Shown here: piece by piece, positions 50,025 to 59,404 of the stretch
How positions within the stretch are numbered: the stretch's first letter is position 1
Layout of the letters: each line of letters opens with the position of its first letter
Origin: Oscillospiraceae bacterium
GTDB taxonomy: Bacteria; Bacillota; Clostridia; UMGS1810
Assembly: GCA_015069095.1 (NCBI GenBank)
Contig: SVJH01000002.1
Span: 7,650-71,649, forward strand
DNA length: 64,000 bases
Direction: 5' to 3'
The notes under the pieces: model-generated
What the model was told of the DNA's origin: nothing
The model's database searches: none
The model's input: only the letters and a program-made list of their open reading frames with translations
Program-made: the position numbers and the translations under genes

Positions 50025-51467
50025 CTAAATAATTTCGCCAAACAATGACCAAGTTTGTGCTTTTGTAACTTTTATTTTAATTATTTTACCAACTAAGTTT
50101 TTATCGCCTTTAAAGTTGACGATTTTTCCGCCTTCTGTTCTTCCTGTTAAATAGTTTATATCTGTTTTGCTTTCGCCTTCAACAAGTATTTCGTATTCCT
50201 TGTTTTCGTATTCGTCGTTTATTTCTTTACTTATGCGGTTTTGAACTTCTAAAAGACGGTTAAAGTTTTTCTTTTTTTCTTCGGGCGTAAGTACATCTTC
50301 CATAACCGAGGCAGGTGTGCCTTTTCGTTTTGAATAAATAAATGAAAATACGCTGTCATATCTTACTTTTTCAAGTACATCGATAGTATGCTCAAAATCC
50401 TCGTTTGTTTCGCCTGGGAAACCTACGATTATATCTGTTGTAAGAGTGATGTTTGGTATTTTTTCTTTTACCTTTTTAATTTTTTCAAGATACTCTTCTT
50501 TTGTGTATTTTCTGTTCATTTTTTTAAGGATATTATCACTTCCGCACTGAATTGGAAGATGAAGCTGAGCGCACACTTTTTTGTTAGATGCAATTTCATC
50601 TATAAGTTTGTCGCTTAAATCCTTTGGATGACTTGTCATAAAACGTATTCTTTCAATGCCTTCAACCTTTGACACCTCGCCTAAAAGGTCGGGAAAATCG
50701 ATGTAATTTTCAATATCGTGGCCGTATGAGTTTACATTTTGTCCAAGAAGTGTAATTTCTTTAATGCCTTTTTCGGCAATAGATTTTACCTCGGATATAA
50801 TGTCTTCTTTAAGACGGCTTCTCTCTCTGCCTCTTACATATGGCACAATACAATATGTGCAAAAATTGTTGCATCCGTACATAACAGATACACCTTGCGA
50901 CACAGTGCCTGTGTGCGAAATTGGCATATCTTCGTAAATTACGCCATCGCTTTTTGTTATATCAATAATTCTTTCTTTTTCCGTAAGAACATTTTTAAGA
51001 ATTTCGCCGAATCGGTATAGCGCGTGCGTTCCAAATACAATATCTACATGTTTGTATTTTTTTCTTATCTGATCTGCAATATGCTCCTGTTGCATCATAC
51101 AACCGCAAACACCAATGATAAGGTCTTCTTTTTTTCTTTTAAGCGCTTTTAGAGCGCCGATATTTCCAAAAACTTTAAGTTCTGCATTTTCTCTTACTGC
51201 GCAGGTGTTGTAAATGATGATGTCGGCTTTTTCTTTGTCGAGCGTCTTTTCATATCCCGCCATAGAAAGCATACCTAAAAGTTTTTCACTATCGTTAACA
51301 TTTTGCGCACATCCGTAAGTTTCAATAAATGCAAATTTTGGAGATTTTGTCATATTTTTTATATCTAATAAAAATCCTTTTTGCCTTTCGATTTCGGCAT
51401 TTGGAATAACAATTTTTTCTCTTTTTGACATTCTTTTTTTCTTACCTTCCAAAAATAGATTATTCAT
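50025..51467 (-). CDS. miaB: tRNA-i6A37 methylthiotransferase MiaB
   Basis: UPF0004 Cys triad (ETYGCAQN...), radical-SAM CNNFCTYC, TRAM domain. Alternative start ATG at 51431. Confidence 0.9.
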   Translation of the reverse strand: MNNLFLEGKKKRMSKREKIVIPNAEIERQKGFLLDIKNMTKSPKFAFIETYGCAQNVNDSEKLLGMLSMAGYEKTLDKEKADIIIYNTCAVRENAELKVFGNIGALKALKRKKEDLIIGVCGCMMQQEHIADQIRKKYKHVDIVFGTHALYRFGEILKNVLTEKERIIDITKSDGVIYEDMPISHTGTVSQGVSVMYGCNNFCTYCIVPYVRGRERSRLKEDIISEVKSIAEKGIKEITLLGQNVNSYGHDIENYIDFPDLLGEVSKVEGIERIRFMTSHPKDLSDKLIDEIASNKKVCAQLHLPIQCGSDNILKKMNRKYTKEEYLEKIKKVKEKIPNITLTTDIIVGFPGETNEDFEHTIDVLEKVRYDSVFSFIYSKRKGTPASVMEDVLTPEEKKKNFNRLLEVQNRISKEINDEYENKEYEILVEGESKTDINYLTGRTEGGKIVNFKGDKNLVGKIIKIKVTKAQTWSLFGEII

Positions 51468-51546
51468 AGTTTATTATATCATATTTCAAAGAATATGTAA
51501 ACTGATTTTTTTGAAAAAATACAATAAAAAAAGACCTTTCGGTCTT

Positions 51547-51750
51547 TTAATAAAAATATAGCATAAGTGCGTTTTCAATTCTTTTTTCAAGTTCTTTATC
51601 ATTGAGTGTATCGGCACATAAAATAATATCTTTTATATCACTTATAAGTGCCTTTTTTCGTCTTTTTGCCCTTTCTTCGTCGCTGATTTTTTCAATTTCA
51701 ACTTCTGTAAAATATTCAACTTTGTAAAATTTATCTTTATATAAACTCAT
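51547..51750 (-). CDS. Small hypothetical protein (67 aa) downstream of leader copy C
   Basis: ATG at 51750 after GGAGAAAG. No recognisable family. Confidence 0.5.
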   Translation of the reverse strand: MSLYKDKFYKVEYFTEVEIEKISDEERAKRRKKALISDIKDIILCADTLNDKELEKRIENALMLYFY

Positions 51751-51764
51751 AAAACTTTCTCCAA

Positions 51765-51973
51765 AATTAAAAAATGCGCCCACCAAAGCGAGCGCATAAA
51801 AAACGCAGGGACTTCGGTTAGGTCGCTAAACTCTAAAATACGTGCTACGAATAAAAAATACGAAAGCGGTATTAAAACCGAAGTATACGCTTTTTGTAGC
51901 GTATACACTTCCGTTATTTTTTATTCATACATATCAGCACAAAATTATTCCATTTTCAATTTTAGAGTTTAGC
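51765..51973 (-). promoter_or_regulatory. Structured 5' leader with intrinsic terminator (copy C)
   Basis: Promoter TTGCCA (52003-52008 rc), 17-nt spacer, TAAAAT (51980-51985 rc). Perfect 15-bp closing helix 51959-51973 / 51825-51839. Terminator 51774-51797 plus a U-run. Confidence 0.6.
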
Positions 51974-52072
51974 ATATTTATTTTACTACATTTTTTTAAT
52001 TTTGGCAAGTAATTTTAAAAAATACCGCAAAATTAAACAAAAATAAAGGGCATTTTAAAAATGCCCTTTCCT

Positions 52073-52600
52073 TTAACTTAAAAGTTTAATTATTTCCTGA
52101 TAAATCTCCTCGCTGTTTTGCTTAAATTTTTCGGCAATACTACTTGCCACATTAAACGAACCAACCGTAAGTTCAAGGTTAAAAATTCTTTCGCCAAGGT
52201 CGTTTATTTCGCACTGCACCATAGTTTCGCCCTTTTCATTAACAGGGTACACCTTTGCAGTAACAAGCGAATCTAAATAAACCTGACGGTTTACTTCGTC
52301 AATTTTTTTAATAAATTTTTCCCTTACAGAAAAAGGAATATCGTTATAGAAAAATTTAAGCGTATCTTCGCCCGTATCAGTAATCGAAAACACCTTGTTT
52401 GAGTCAATTTCAAAAACCTCTAAATTTTCGCTTTCAACAAGCGTGTGAGTAAGATGTCCAAGCTCAAAAAAATCAGTTTCAACAACAGACGAAATGATTT
52501 CCGAAATTATTGGTGCGCTTGCACTTGTTTTTAAATTTTTAACTACAAACAAAACTGAAAGTTTAAGTTCATATTCACTTGGACGGTATACAAAATCCAT
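52073..52600 (-). CDS. Hypothetical protein (possibly DUF4364 family)
   Basis: 175 aa, next to an HPr-like gene as in many Clostridia. Family assignment is from memory only. Confidence 0.4.
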   Translation of the reverse strand: MDFVYRPSEYELKLSVLFVVKNLKTSASAPIISEIISSVVETDFFELGHLTHTLVESENLEVFEIDSNKVFSITDTGEDTLKFFYNDIPFSVREKFIKKIDEVNRQVYLDSLVTAKVYPVNEKGETMVQCEINDLGERIFNLELTVGSFNVASSIAEKFKQNSEEIYQEIIKLLS

Positions 52601-52652
52601 TTTTATAAATCTCCTCTAAAGAAAAAATAGCTGATTATTCAGCTATTTAAAC

Positions 52653-52880
52653 TTAAATAATATATGGTGTAAGTTCACCTTTTAGATCATCGCAAGCATC
52701 TGCGTGAACATCTACTTTTATTTCTTTTGTTAAATCAAGACTGAAAATACCCATAATTGATTTTGCATCAACAACGTATCTTCCTGAAGTTAAATCGATT
52801 TCATAATCGTACTTTGTAACAATGTTTACAAAATTCTTTACATCGTTAATCTGACCTAATTTAATGTTGAATGTTACCAT
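52653..52880 (-). CDS. HPr-family phosphocarrier-like protein
   Basis: 75 aa. The motif VDAKSIMGIFSL resembles the HPr Ser46 region. Confidence 0.6.
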   Translation of the reverse strand: MVTFNIKLGQINDVKNFVNIVTKYDYEIDLTSGRYVVDAKSIMGIFSLDLTKEIKVDVHADACDDLKGELTPYII

Positions 52881-53084
52881 AATTATCTACCTCCTTTAAC
52901 TTTACCTATATAATACAGTATTTACCTTATTATGTCAATTGATTTTTTTATATTGAAAAAATTTTGTAAATAAAGTATAATAATGATAGCCTGACAGGAA
53001 TTGCCCGAACCTGCCTTAACAGGTGTAATTTTGGCATATTTTAGTTTGCTGTCAGGCTATTATATCACAAAGGAATTGATAAAT

Positions 53085-54377
53085 TTGTCTAAAAAAGTAG
53101 CATTTGCAACACTTGGATGCAAAGTTAATCAATACGAAACAGAGGCAATGAGCCTTCTTTTTAAAAATAAAGGGTACACGCTTTGCGATTTTGATGAGAT
53201 TTGCGACATTTATGTAATAAATACCTGCACAGTTACAAATATGGGCGATAGGAAATCACGCCAGATGATACGAAAAGCAAAAAAAACAAATCCAAACGCA
53301 ATTATTGCCGCTGTAGGATGTTACGCACAGGTTAGCAGTGATGAAATTAAAAAAATCGACGGTGTAGATGTTGTGCTTGGCACAAACGACAGAAAACACA
53401 TAGTTGAATATATTGAAAACTTAAAGGAAAACGAGCAGTTTGAAAACGTATGCGAAATAAGAAAAGTAACAGATTTTGAAGACCTCGAAATTGAAAGTTA
53501 TGATGAAATGGAAAGGGCATACATTAAAATTGAAGAGGGCTGCAACGAATTTTGTTCGTACTGCATCATTCCATATGCAAGAGGTCCTGTTCGAAGCAGA
53601 AGTATAGATTCTATAATAAACGAGGCAAAACGCCTTGTAAATAACGGATTTTGTGAAATTATACTTACGGGAATTCACATTGCATCATACGGAAAAGACT
53701 TAAAGGACGGCACTTTACTTATTGATGTTGTTGAAAATCTTGCGAAAATCGAAGGTTTAAAAAGAATACGTTTAGGCTCGATTGAACCGAGAATTTTAAA
53801 AGAAGATTTTATCATACGCCTAAAAAATACAAAAAAAGTTTGTCCGCATTTTCACATTTCGCTTCAGTCCGGATGCGACGCAACTCTTAAAAGAATGAAC
53901 AGAAAATACACATGTGATGAGTATTTAGAAAGCGTAAGTTTACTTAGAAAACACTTTGAAAATCCTAATATTGCAACAGATATTATGGTAGGTTTTCCGC
54001 TTGAAACCGATGAGGATTTTTTAGAATCTGTTGATTTTATGAAAAAAGTAAACTTTTCAGATGCTCACGTTTTTGCTTATTCAAACCGTAAAGGCACTCG
54101 TGCTGACAAAATGGAAGGGCAGATTCCGCCAAATATTAAAGATGAGCGAAGCAAAATAATGAGCGAAACTGTTGCAGTTTTAAAAGAAAATTATATGAAA
54201 TCTTTTATCGGCAAAAGTTTAAACGTACTTTTTGAGCAAAGAAAAGATAAGTTTTTTGAAGGTACAAGCGACAATTACATTAAAGTTTTCGTCCAAACAG
54301 ACTTAGACCTTACAGGAAAAATTATAGACGTGCAAATTACAGACATAGAAGACGATTATTTAATCGGCACAATTTAG
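53085..54377 (+). CDS. mtaB: tRNA-t6A37 methylthiotransferase MtaB
   Basis: FATLGCKVNQYE, radical-SAM CNEFCSYC. Start placed at TTG 53085 within ORF 53001..54377 (uncertain). Confidence 0.85.
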   Translation: MSKKVAFATLGCKVNQYETEAMSLLFKNKGYTLCDFDEICDIYVINTCTVTNMGDRKSRQMIRKAKKTNPNAIIAAVGCYAQVSSDEIKKIDGVDVVLGTNDRKHIVEYIENLKENEQFENVCEIRKVTDFEDLEIESYDEMERAYIKIEEGCNEFCSYCIIPYARGPVRSRSIDSIINEAKRLVNNGFCEIILTGIHIASYGKDLKDGTLLIDVVENLAKIEGLKRIRLGSIEPRILKEDFIIRLKNTKKVCPHFHISLQSGCDATLKRMNRKYTCDEYLESVSLLRKHFENPNIATDIMVGFPLETDEDFLESVDFMKKVNFSDAHVFAYSNRKGTRADKMEGQIPPNIKDERSKIMSETVAVLKENYMKSFIGKSLNVLFEQRKDKFFEGTSDNYIKVFVQTDLDLTGKIIDVQITDIEDDYLIGTI

Positions 54378-54423
54378 TTTAAAAACCGCCAAAATGGATA
54401 AAATTTCCATTGAGGTGGTTTTT

Positions 54424-54534
54424 TTGTACAAAGAAATTTTACTGAAAATAAATTTAATTCTATACGAAGAAAACATAATTGATTTTAACGAATATGAAAG
54501 GTTAAAACAAAAAATTTTAAATGACAATTTTTAA
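54424..54534 (+). CDS. Candidate 36-aa SHOCT-like micro-ORF overlapping the recombinase start
   Basis: TTG at 54424 after GAGGTGG. Peptide ...LILYEENIIDFNEYERLKQKILNDNF. Its stop overlaps the ATG at 54521. Confidence 0.3.
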   Translation: MYKEILLKINLILYEENIIDFNEYERLKQKILNDNF

Positions 54535-55963
54535 TAAAACGCTTCGTGTTGCGTATTATGCAAGAGTATCAACGCACGAAGAGGGACAGATTTCATCACT
54601 CGAAAACCAAAAAAATCACTACGAAAATATGATAAACCAAAACAAAAACTGGACTCTTTGCAAAGGCTACATTGACGAGGGGATAAGCGGAGTTTTAGCA
54701 GGCAAAAGAGAGAATTTTCAAAAGATGATTTCAGATGCAAAAAACGGACTTTTTGACCTTATAATTACAAAGGAAATCAGCCGTTTTTCAAGAAACACGC
54801 TCGAGAGTATATCGTACACGCGTACTCTTTTAAAATATAACGTCGGTGTGTATTTTGAAAACGACGGCATTTCTACTCTTTCATCTGACGGCGAACTTCG
54901 TCTTACAATTATGAGCGCCATTTATCAGGACGAGGTGCGAAGGATTTCCGAAAGGGTTAAATTCGGGCTTAGTGAAGCAATTAAAAATCAAAAAGTTCTT
55001 GGCACAAATACAATAGGATATGTAAAAAAAGATGGCGTTTTATTGCTTGACGAAGAAGGCGCAAAGGTTGTTAAGGAGATTTTTCATCTTTATGTTGACA
55101 AAAAAATCGGCATACGCCAGATAAGCTTAGATCTTGCAAGCCAAGGATATTTTAACACAAATGGCAACCCTTACTCTTTTTCGAGCATAAGAAACATTCT
55201 TACAAATCCAAAATACAAAGGCTACTACTGTGGCAGAAAGTATGAAAATGTTGACATTTTTGACAGAAAAAAAGTAAAACTCGAAAAGGAAAAATGGATA
55301 CTAAAAAAAGACGAAAACATACCAAAAATTATTGACGAAGACATGTGGAATAGGGCAAACAAGTTACTTAGCGAGCGCGGAGGAGATAAAAATTCGTTCT
55401 CAACAATATATGCTTTTAGCGGAAAAATTTACTGCAAAAACGATTTGTCGCCCCTTTACAGAACTGTAATTTGCCAAAAAGAAGCATGGAAATGCAAAGA
55501 AAAACGCGAAAATAAGTGCAAAAGTCCCATTATTTACACAAGCGAAATTGTATGTATAATTGAAAAAATGTTAAATGTAGATTATGAAAAAATTAAGATG
55601 TTTTTCAAAAATGCTCTTAAAAACGCAAAAACAAAAAATAATAATTGTGCAAAAATTAAAAGTGCGCTTAAATCGCTTTTTGAAAATAATATAATTTCTA
55701 AAGATGAATACAAAGAAAAATTAAATGAAATTAAGTTGAAAACAACCGATAACAACACAGGCAAAGAAATAAATATCGATGATATTATTTTAAATAAAAA
55801 AGATGTTTTGTTTTCTGACATAATTGAAAAAGTATATGTTGGTATGTCAAATGGGTATACCATACTTAACATTGAACTAAAAAACTATACAAAGTACAAT
55901 GTTAAATATATAAAAAAAGGAAGCAGAATACTTAGCGAGCCTGTTATTGAAAAGGTATTGTAG
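54521..55963 (+). CDS. Large serine recombinase
   Basis: N-terminal resolvase domain YYARVSTHEEGQISSLENQ (catalytic Ser), recombinase domain, Cys-containing C-terminal region. Confidence 0.85.
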   Translation: MTIFNKTLRVAYYARVSTHEEGQISSLENQKNHYENMINQNKNWTLCKGYIDEGISGVLAGKRENFQKMISDAKNGLFDLIITKEISRFSRNTLESISYTRTLLKYNVGVYFENDGISTLSSDGELRLTIMSAIYQDEVRRISERVKFGLSEAIKNQKVLGTNTIGYVKKDGVLLLDEEGAKVVKEIFHLYVDKKIGIRQISLDLASQGYFNTNGNPYSFSSIRNILTNPKYKGYYCGRKYENVDIFDRKKVKLEKEKWILKKDENIPKIIDEDMWNRANKLLSERGGDKNSFSTIYAFSGKIYCKNDLSPLYRTVICQKEAWKCKEKRENKCKSPIIYTSEIVCIIEKMLNVDYEKIKMFFKNALKNAKTKNNNCAKIKSALKSLFENNIISKDEYKEKLNEIKLKTTDNNTGKEINIDDIILNKKDVLFSDIIEKVYVGMSNGYTILNIELKNYTKYNVKYIKKGSRILSEPVIEKVL

Positions 55964-56072
55964 TGGCTGACGTCCTCGACAGCTTGTTTATCATTTATAA
56001 TATAAAATTTATTTTACACAAAACAAAAAGACCGCATAAGCGGTCTTTTCGTTTATATAATCCCTAAAGGAA

Positions 56073-59000
56073 TTAAGCTAAGATGTTAGCAACGTCGAAT
56101 TCAAGTCCGATGATTTCCTGAACAGCGCCATCGTTTGTTCTAACGATTACTACATTGTAGAATGGATCTGTAACGTCATCGCATTTTGTTAGAGCTGTAA
56201 GAGCTCCACCGATTTCGATTTCTTTGCTTCTACCCTGGAATGTTGCTAAGTAAGACTGAGCATTAGCATATCCTGGTAGAGAAATTAAACCAGAAACTGG
56301 TGTTTCGTCTTCGTATGCAATAGCATCAATAACTTCGATATCAAGTGTTTTGTTTGTTCTATCAACGTATTTACCGATGAAGTAAGCATCATCTTCTTCA
56401 GCTGTTTCATCACTTACGTTGTATTTGTCAACTGCTGCTGCTTCGAATGCTGTATCGAATGCAAATGTGATTGACTGATCAGCTTCGTAGTTAAATGTGA
56501 TGTTACCAACTACTGCATATGTGTCAACAAGACCTGCAGCGTCAGCATTGTAAAGAAGAACTGTACCGAATGCGAAATCACCAAGATCAGCATCTTTTGT
56601 TTCTTCTTCGTCAACTACGATTGTAGCTTCAGCACCGTTAACAACTACTGTTAATGTAACTGTATCAGCGTCTGTTTCTTCGTTGATACCTGTTTCAACA
56701 GCTGTAACGATTGCAAGAGGTGTACCTACTGCGAAAGCAGATTCAGCATCTTTAACAACCATAGCTTCGTACTGGTTGTCATCGTTTTTGTTGTAAAGAA
56801 CAGCACCGTATTCACTGTCGTTTACAAGGTAAGAAAGATCTTTAACTGTAGAAAGTGTTAAATCATCCCAGTCAATATCGAAGATTACGATATCGTCAGC
56901 AAGGTTTTTGCCGTCTAATTTCTGTGTAGCTTCTTTATATAGAGAATCTTCTTTTTCAAAAGCATTAACTTCTGCAGTTACTGCAGGAATGATTTCTGTG
57001 ATTTCACCAGCTGCATTTGTGTTGAACTGGATAAGTCTTTCTTTAGCATTTGCATCGTTAGCAACGATTTCTGTTGTGTCTTCATCAAATGCATTGTCAA
57101 GTTTTTCCCAGATAGCTGTGCCTGTTCCAGGGAATGTAGCCCATGCTGTGTTAGCAAGAACAGCACCGATTTCTGTAGCAGCATCTTTAATAGATACTCT
57201 TGCATAATCGTCTGTACCAGCGTTTACAAATTTAACTTTTTCAGCAAATGTGTATGTCTGGATTTTTCCATCTTCAGAAAGAAGAGTGATTGTAGCGTTA
57301 GAAGCTCTTGTAGCGAATGCACCGATGATGAACGCATAGTTACCATCAGAAGCTTTAGAACCTTCAAAACCTACGATTTTGCCGTTGATACCTAAGAAGA
57401 ATGTACCTTCAGCAGAAACTTCAAGAGCATTTTCCATGTAGTTGATGTCTGTAGAGTTCATCATTGAAGCTTCATATTCATATTTGTTACCAGCGATTGT
57501 GTAAACAGGGTCACCAGCAGAAGTTGTACCTTCACCTTTGATGATACCATCAACTTTAGACTGACCAAGTGTGATGATGTCAAGTGAATCATATTCAGCC
57601 TGTGCAAAGTTTACAGAACCAAGTAGTGGAGATGGAGAAGCAACGATTGCTAATACGTCGTATTCAGCAAGTGTAGCAAAATCTACATCAGCACCGTTAA
57701 CATCTTTAACTGTTACTAAAGCTTCTTCGTTATCGATGTCAAGGTCAATTCTATCAAGGTCTGTGTTGTATGTTGTGATAACGCCGTTTTTAGCGTCAAC
57801 TTCTTCAACTACAACGTGGATGTAAGATGTGATATCGATTACATCATATCTGTTGTCGTTATCCCAGTCGATAAGTTCGATGTTACCAACTAGAGATTCG
57901 TCAACGATCATAGCTTTAACAGCTGTTAAATCTGCATTTGTAAGAACTTCATCGTTAAGAACGATTGTGTACACGTTTTCAAGTGTAGCTGTTGTTGTTT
58001 TAGAAGCGCCTTCTTTGTAGTATTTGATAACATTCTTTTCGCCGTGTGCTGTGTCAGCGTCAAGATCACAAGCTGCACCGTTGATATCAGCGATATCAAG
58101 AACAAGTGTGTTTGTTGTAGCAGCATCAGCTTCGATAGCTACTAAATCAAATTTGTTTGTGCCGTATTTTTTAGCGTATGCAATAGCATTTGTAGCTGTG
58201 TAACCAGCAGCAAGACCTTTTTCGTCTCTAAGTGTTACTGCATTGTCGTCAGGATCAAGTTTACCATTTTTGTTATCTTCTAATCTTAGGTATTTGTCAG
58301 CGTTGTCATAGTCATCTGTTACGTGGATAGCAACATAACCTTTATCCATTTTGCTTTCAGCTGGAGCGTAAGCTACTTTAGCATCAGCAACAACGATACC
58401 GCCAACTTTGTAGATGTCAAGTTTAGAAAGTAGAGTTACTTTATCCTGATCATCTGTCTGTTTCATGATTGTGTACTGAACGTCTGTACCAAAACCTGTC
58501 TGTTCAACTACAGGAATGTCAAGAGCGTTGTATGTCATAACAGCAACTGCACTTCTTTTAGCGCCTTCGCCTACGCTGCCATCAACAGCTGTAAGTAGAC
58601 CGTAAGAAGATGCTACGCTGATGTGACCCTGAGGCCAGTTACCTTTAGAAATTGCAAGAGGTTCATAACCTAATGCTCTAACAAGCATTGTAACAGCTTC
58701 TTCATATTTAACTGGATCTGATGGTCCGAAGTTTCCATCGCCATAACCTTTAATGATACCAGCCTGAGAAGCAGCGTTTACATAACCTGTTGCCCAGTGA
58801 GAAGCAGGAACGTCTGCGAATTCAGATACGCCTGCAGCGTTAAGATCCAAAAGTCTGCAAACTACAACAGCATATTCAGCTCTTGTGATTGTAGCGTCTG
58901 GATTGAAGTTACCTTTATCATCACCTGTGAAGAATCCAAGGTCAGATAAAGTTTTGATTGCACCTGCATAATCAGCATCATCTGCTACGTCTGGATATAC

Positions 59001-59084
59001 AGCAGCGAAAGCAAAAGAGCTCATCATCATTGCAAATACAACAACTAGTGCTAAAACTTTTTTGAGATTTTTCATAATTCTCAA
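56073..59084 (-). CDS. S-layer homology (SLH) domain cell-surface protein
   Basis: Signal peptide followed by three SLH repeats (e.g. FADVPASHWATGYVNAASQAGIIKGYGDGNFGP). The likely ATG start lies a few codons inside the TTG ORF start. Confidence 0.85.
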   Translation of the reverse strand: MRIMKNLKKVLALVVVFAMMMSSFAFAAVYPDVADDADYAGAIKTLSDLGFFTGDDKGNFNPDATITRAEYAVVVCRLLDLNAAGVSEFADVPASHWATGYVNAASQAGIIKGYGDGNFGPSDPVKYEEAVTMLVRALGYEPLAISKGNWPQGHISVASSYGLLTAVDGSVGEGAKRSAVAVMTYNALDIPVVEQTGFGTDVQYTIMKQTDDQDKVTLLSKLDIYKVGGIVVADAKVAYAPAESKMDKGYVAIHVTDDYDNADKYLRLEDNKNGKLDPDDNAVTLRDEKGLAAGYTATNAIAYAKKYGTNKFDLVAIEADAATTNTLVLDIADINGAACDLDADTAHGEKNVIKYYKEGASKTTTATLENVYTIVLNDEVLTNADLTAVKAMIVDESLVGNIELIDWDNDNRYDVIDITSYIHVVVEEVDAKNGVITTYNTDLDRIDLDIDNEEALVTVKDVNGADVDFATLAEYDVLAIVASPSPLLGSVNFAQAEYDSLDIITLGQSKVDGIIKGEGTTSAGDPVYTIAGNKYEYEASMMNSTDINYMENALEVSAEGTFFLGINGKIVGFEGSKASDGNYAFIIGAFATRASNATITLLSEDGKIQTYTFAEKVKFVNAGTDDYARVSIKDAATEIGAVLANTAWATFPGTGTAIWEKLDNAFDEDTTEIVANDANAKERLIQFNTNAAGEITEIIPAVTAEVNAFEKEDSLYKEATQKLDGKNLADDIVIFDIDWDDLTLSTVKDLSYLVNDSEYGAVLYNKNDDNQYEAMVVKDAESAFAVGTPLAIVTAVETGINEETDADTVTLTVVVNGAEATIVVDEEETKDADLGDFAFGTVLLYNADAAGLVDTYAVVGNITFNYEADQSITFAFDTAFEAAAVDKYNVSDETAEEDDAYFIGKYVDRTNKTLDIEVIDAIAYEDETPVSGLISLPGYANAQSYLATFQGRSKEIEIGGALTALTKCDDVTDPFYNVVIVRTNDGAVQEIIGLEFDVANILA

Positions 59085-59404
59085 ATCCTCCTTAAAATAT
59101 GTATTGAAAGAGATGTTTTTTTGTGCTTAAGCCGTATCTCTTTCATAACCGGCTCGAGCCACATCAAACACTGTGGTCTGACTATGTGTTCATTTTAGCA
59201 TAGGAATCCTACGCCGTCAAGAACAATTTATTGTTGTAACATAAATGTAAAAATAGCGAAATATCAATTACATTTATGAAAAACACTTGTAATATTTTGT
59301 AATATTTCTGTCATTTTACGGCACTTTTTTTACTAAATTATGACAGAAAGCACAAAATTTTACGCTTTATTTTACAATTTTAATTGTCAAAAGTCAATAT
59401 AAAT

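Noticed and set aside
54521-55963. Prophage or ICE around the serine recombinase
   Set aside because: No structural, replication or conjugation genes flank it. The neighbours are intact housekeeping (mtaB) and cell-surface genes.
59031-59090. Apparent one-base disagreement between my hand reading of the plus strand and the ORF-track frame at the 5' end of the SLH gene
   Set aside because: This is most likely my own counting or reading slip at a line boundary. The track coordinates were kept, and no frameshift or pseudogene is claimed.
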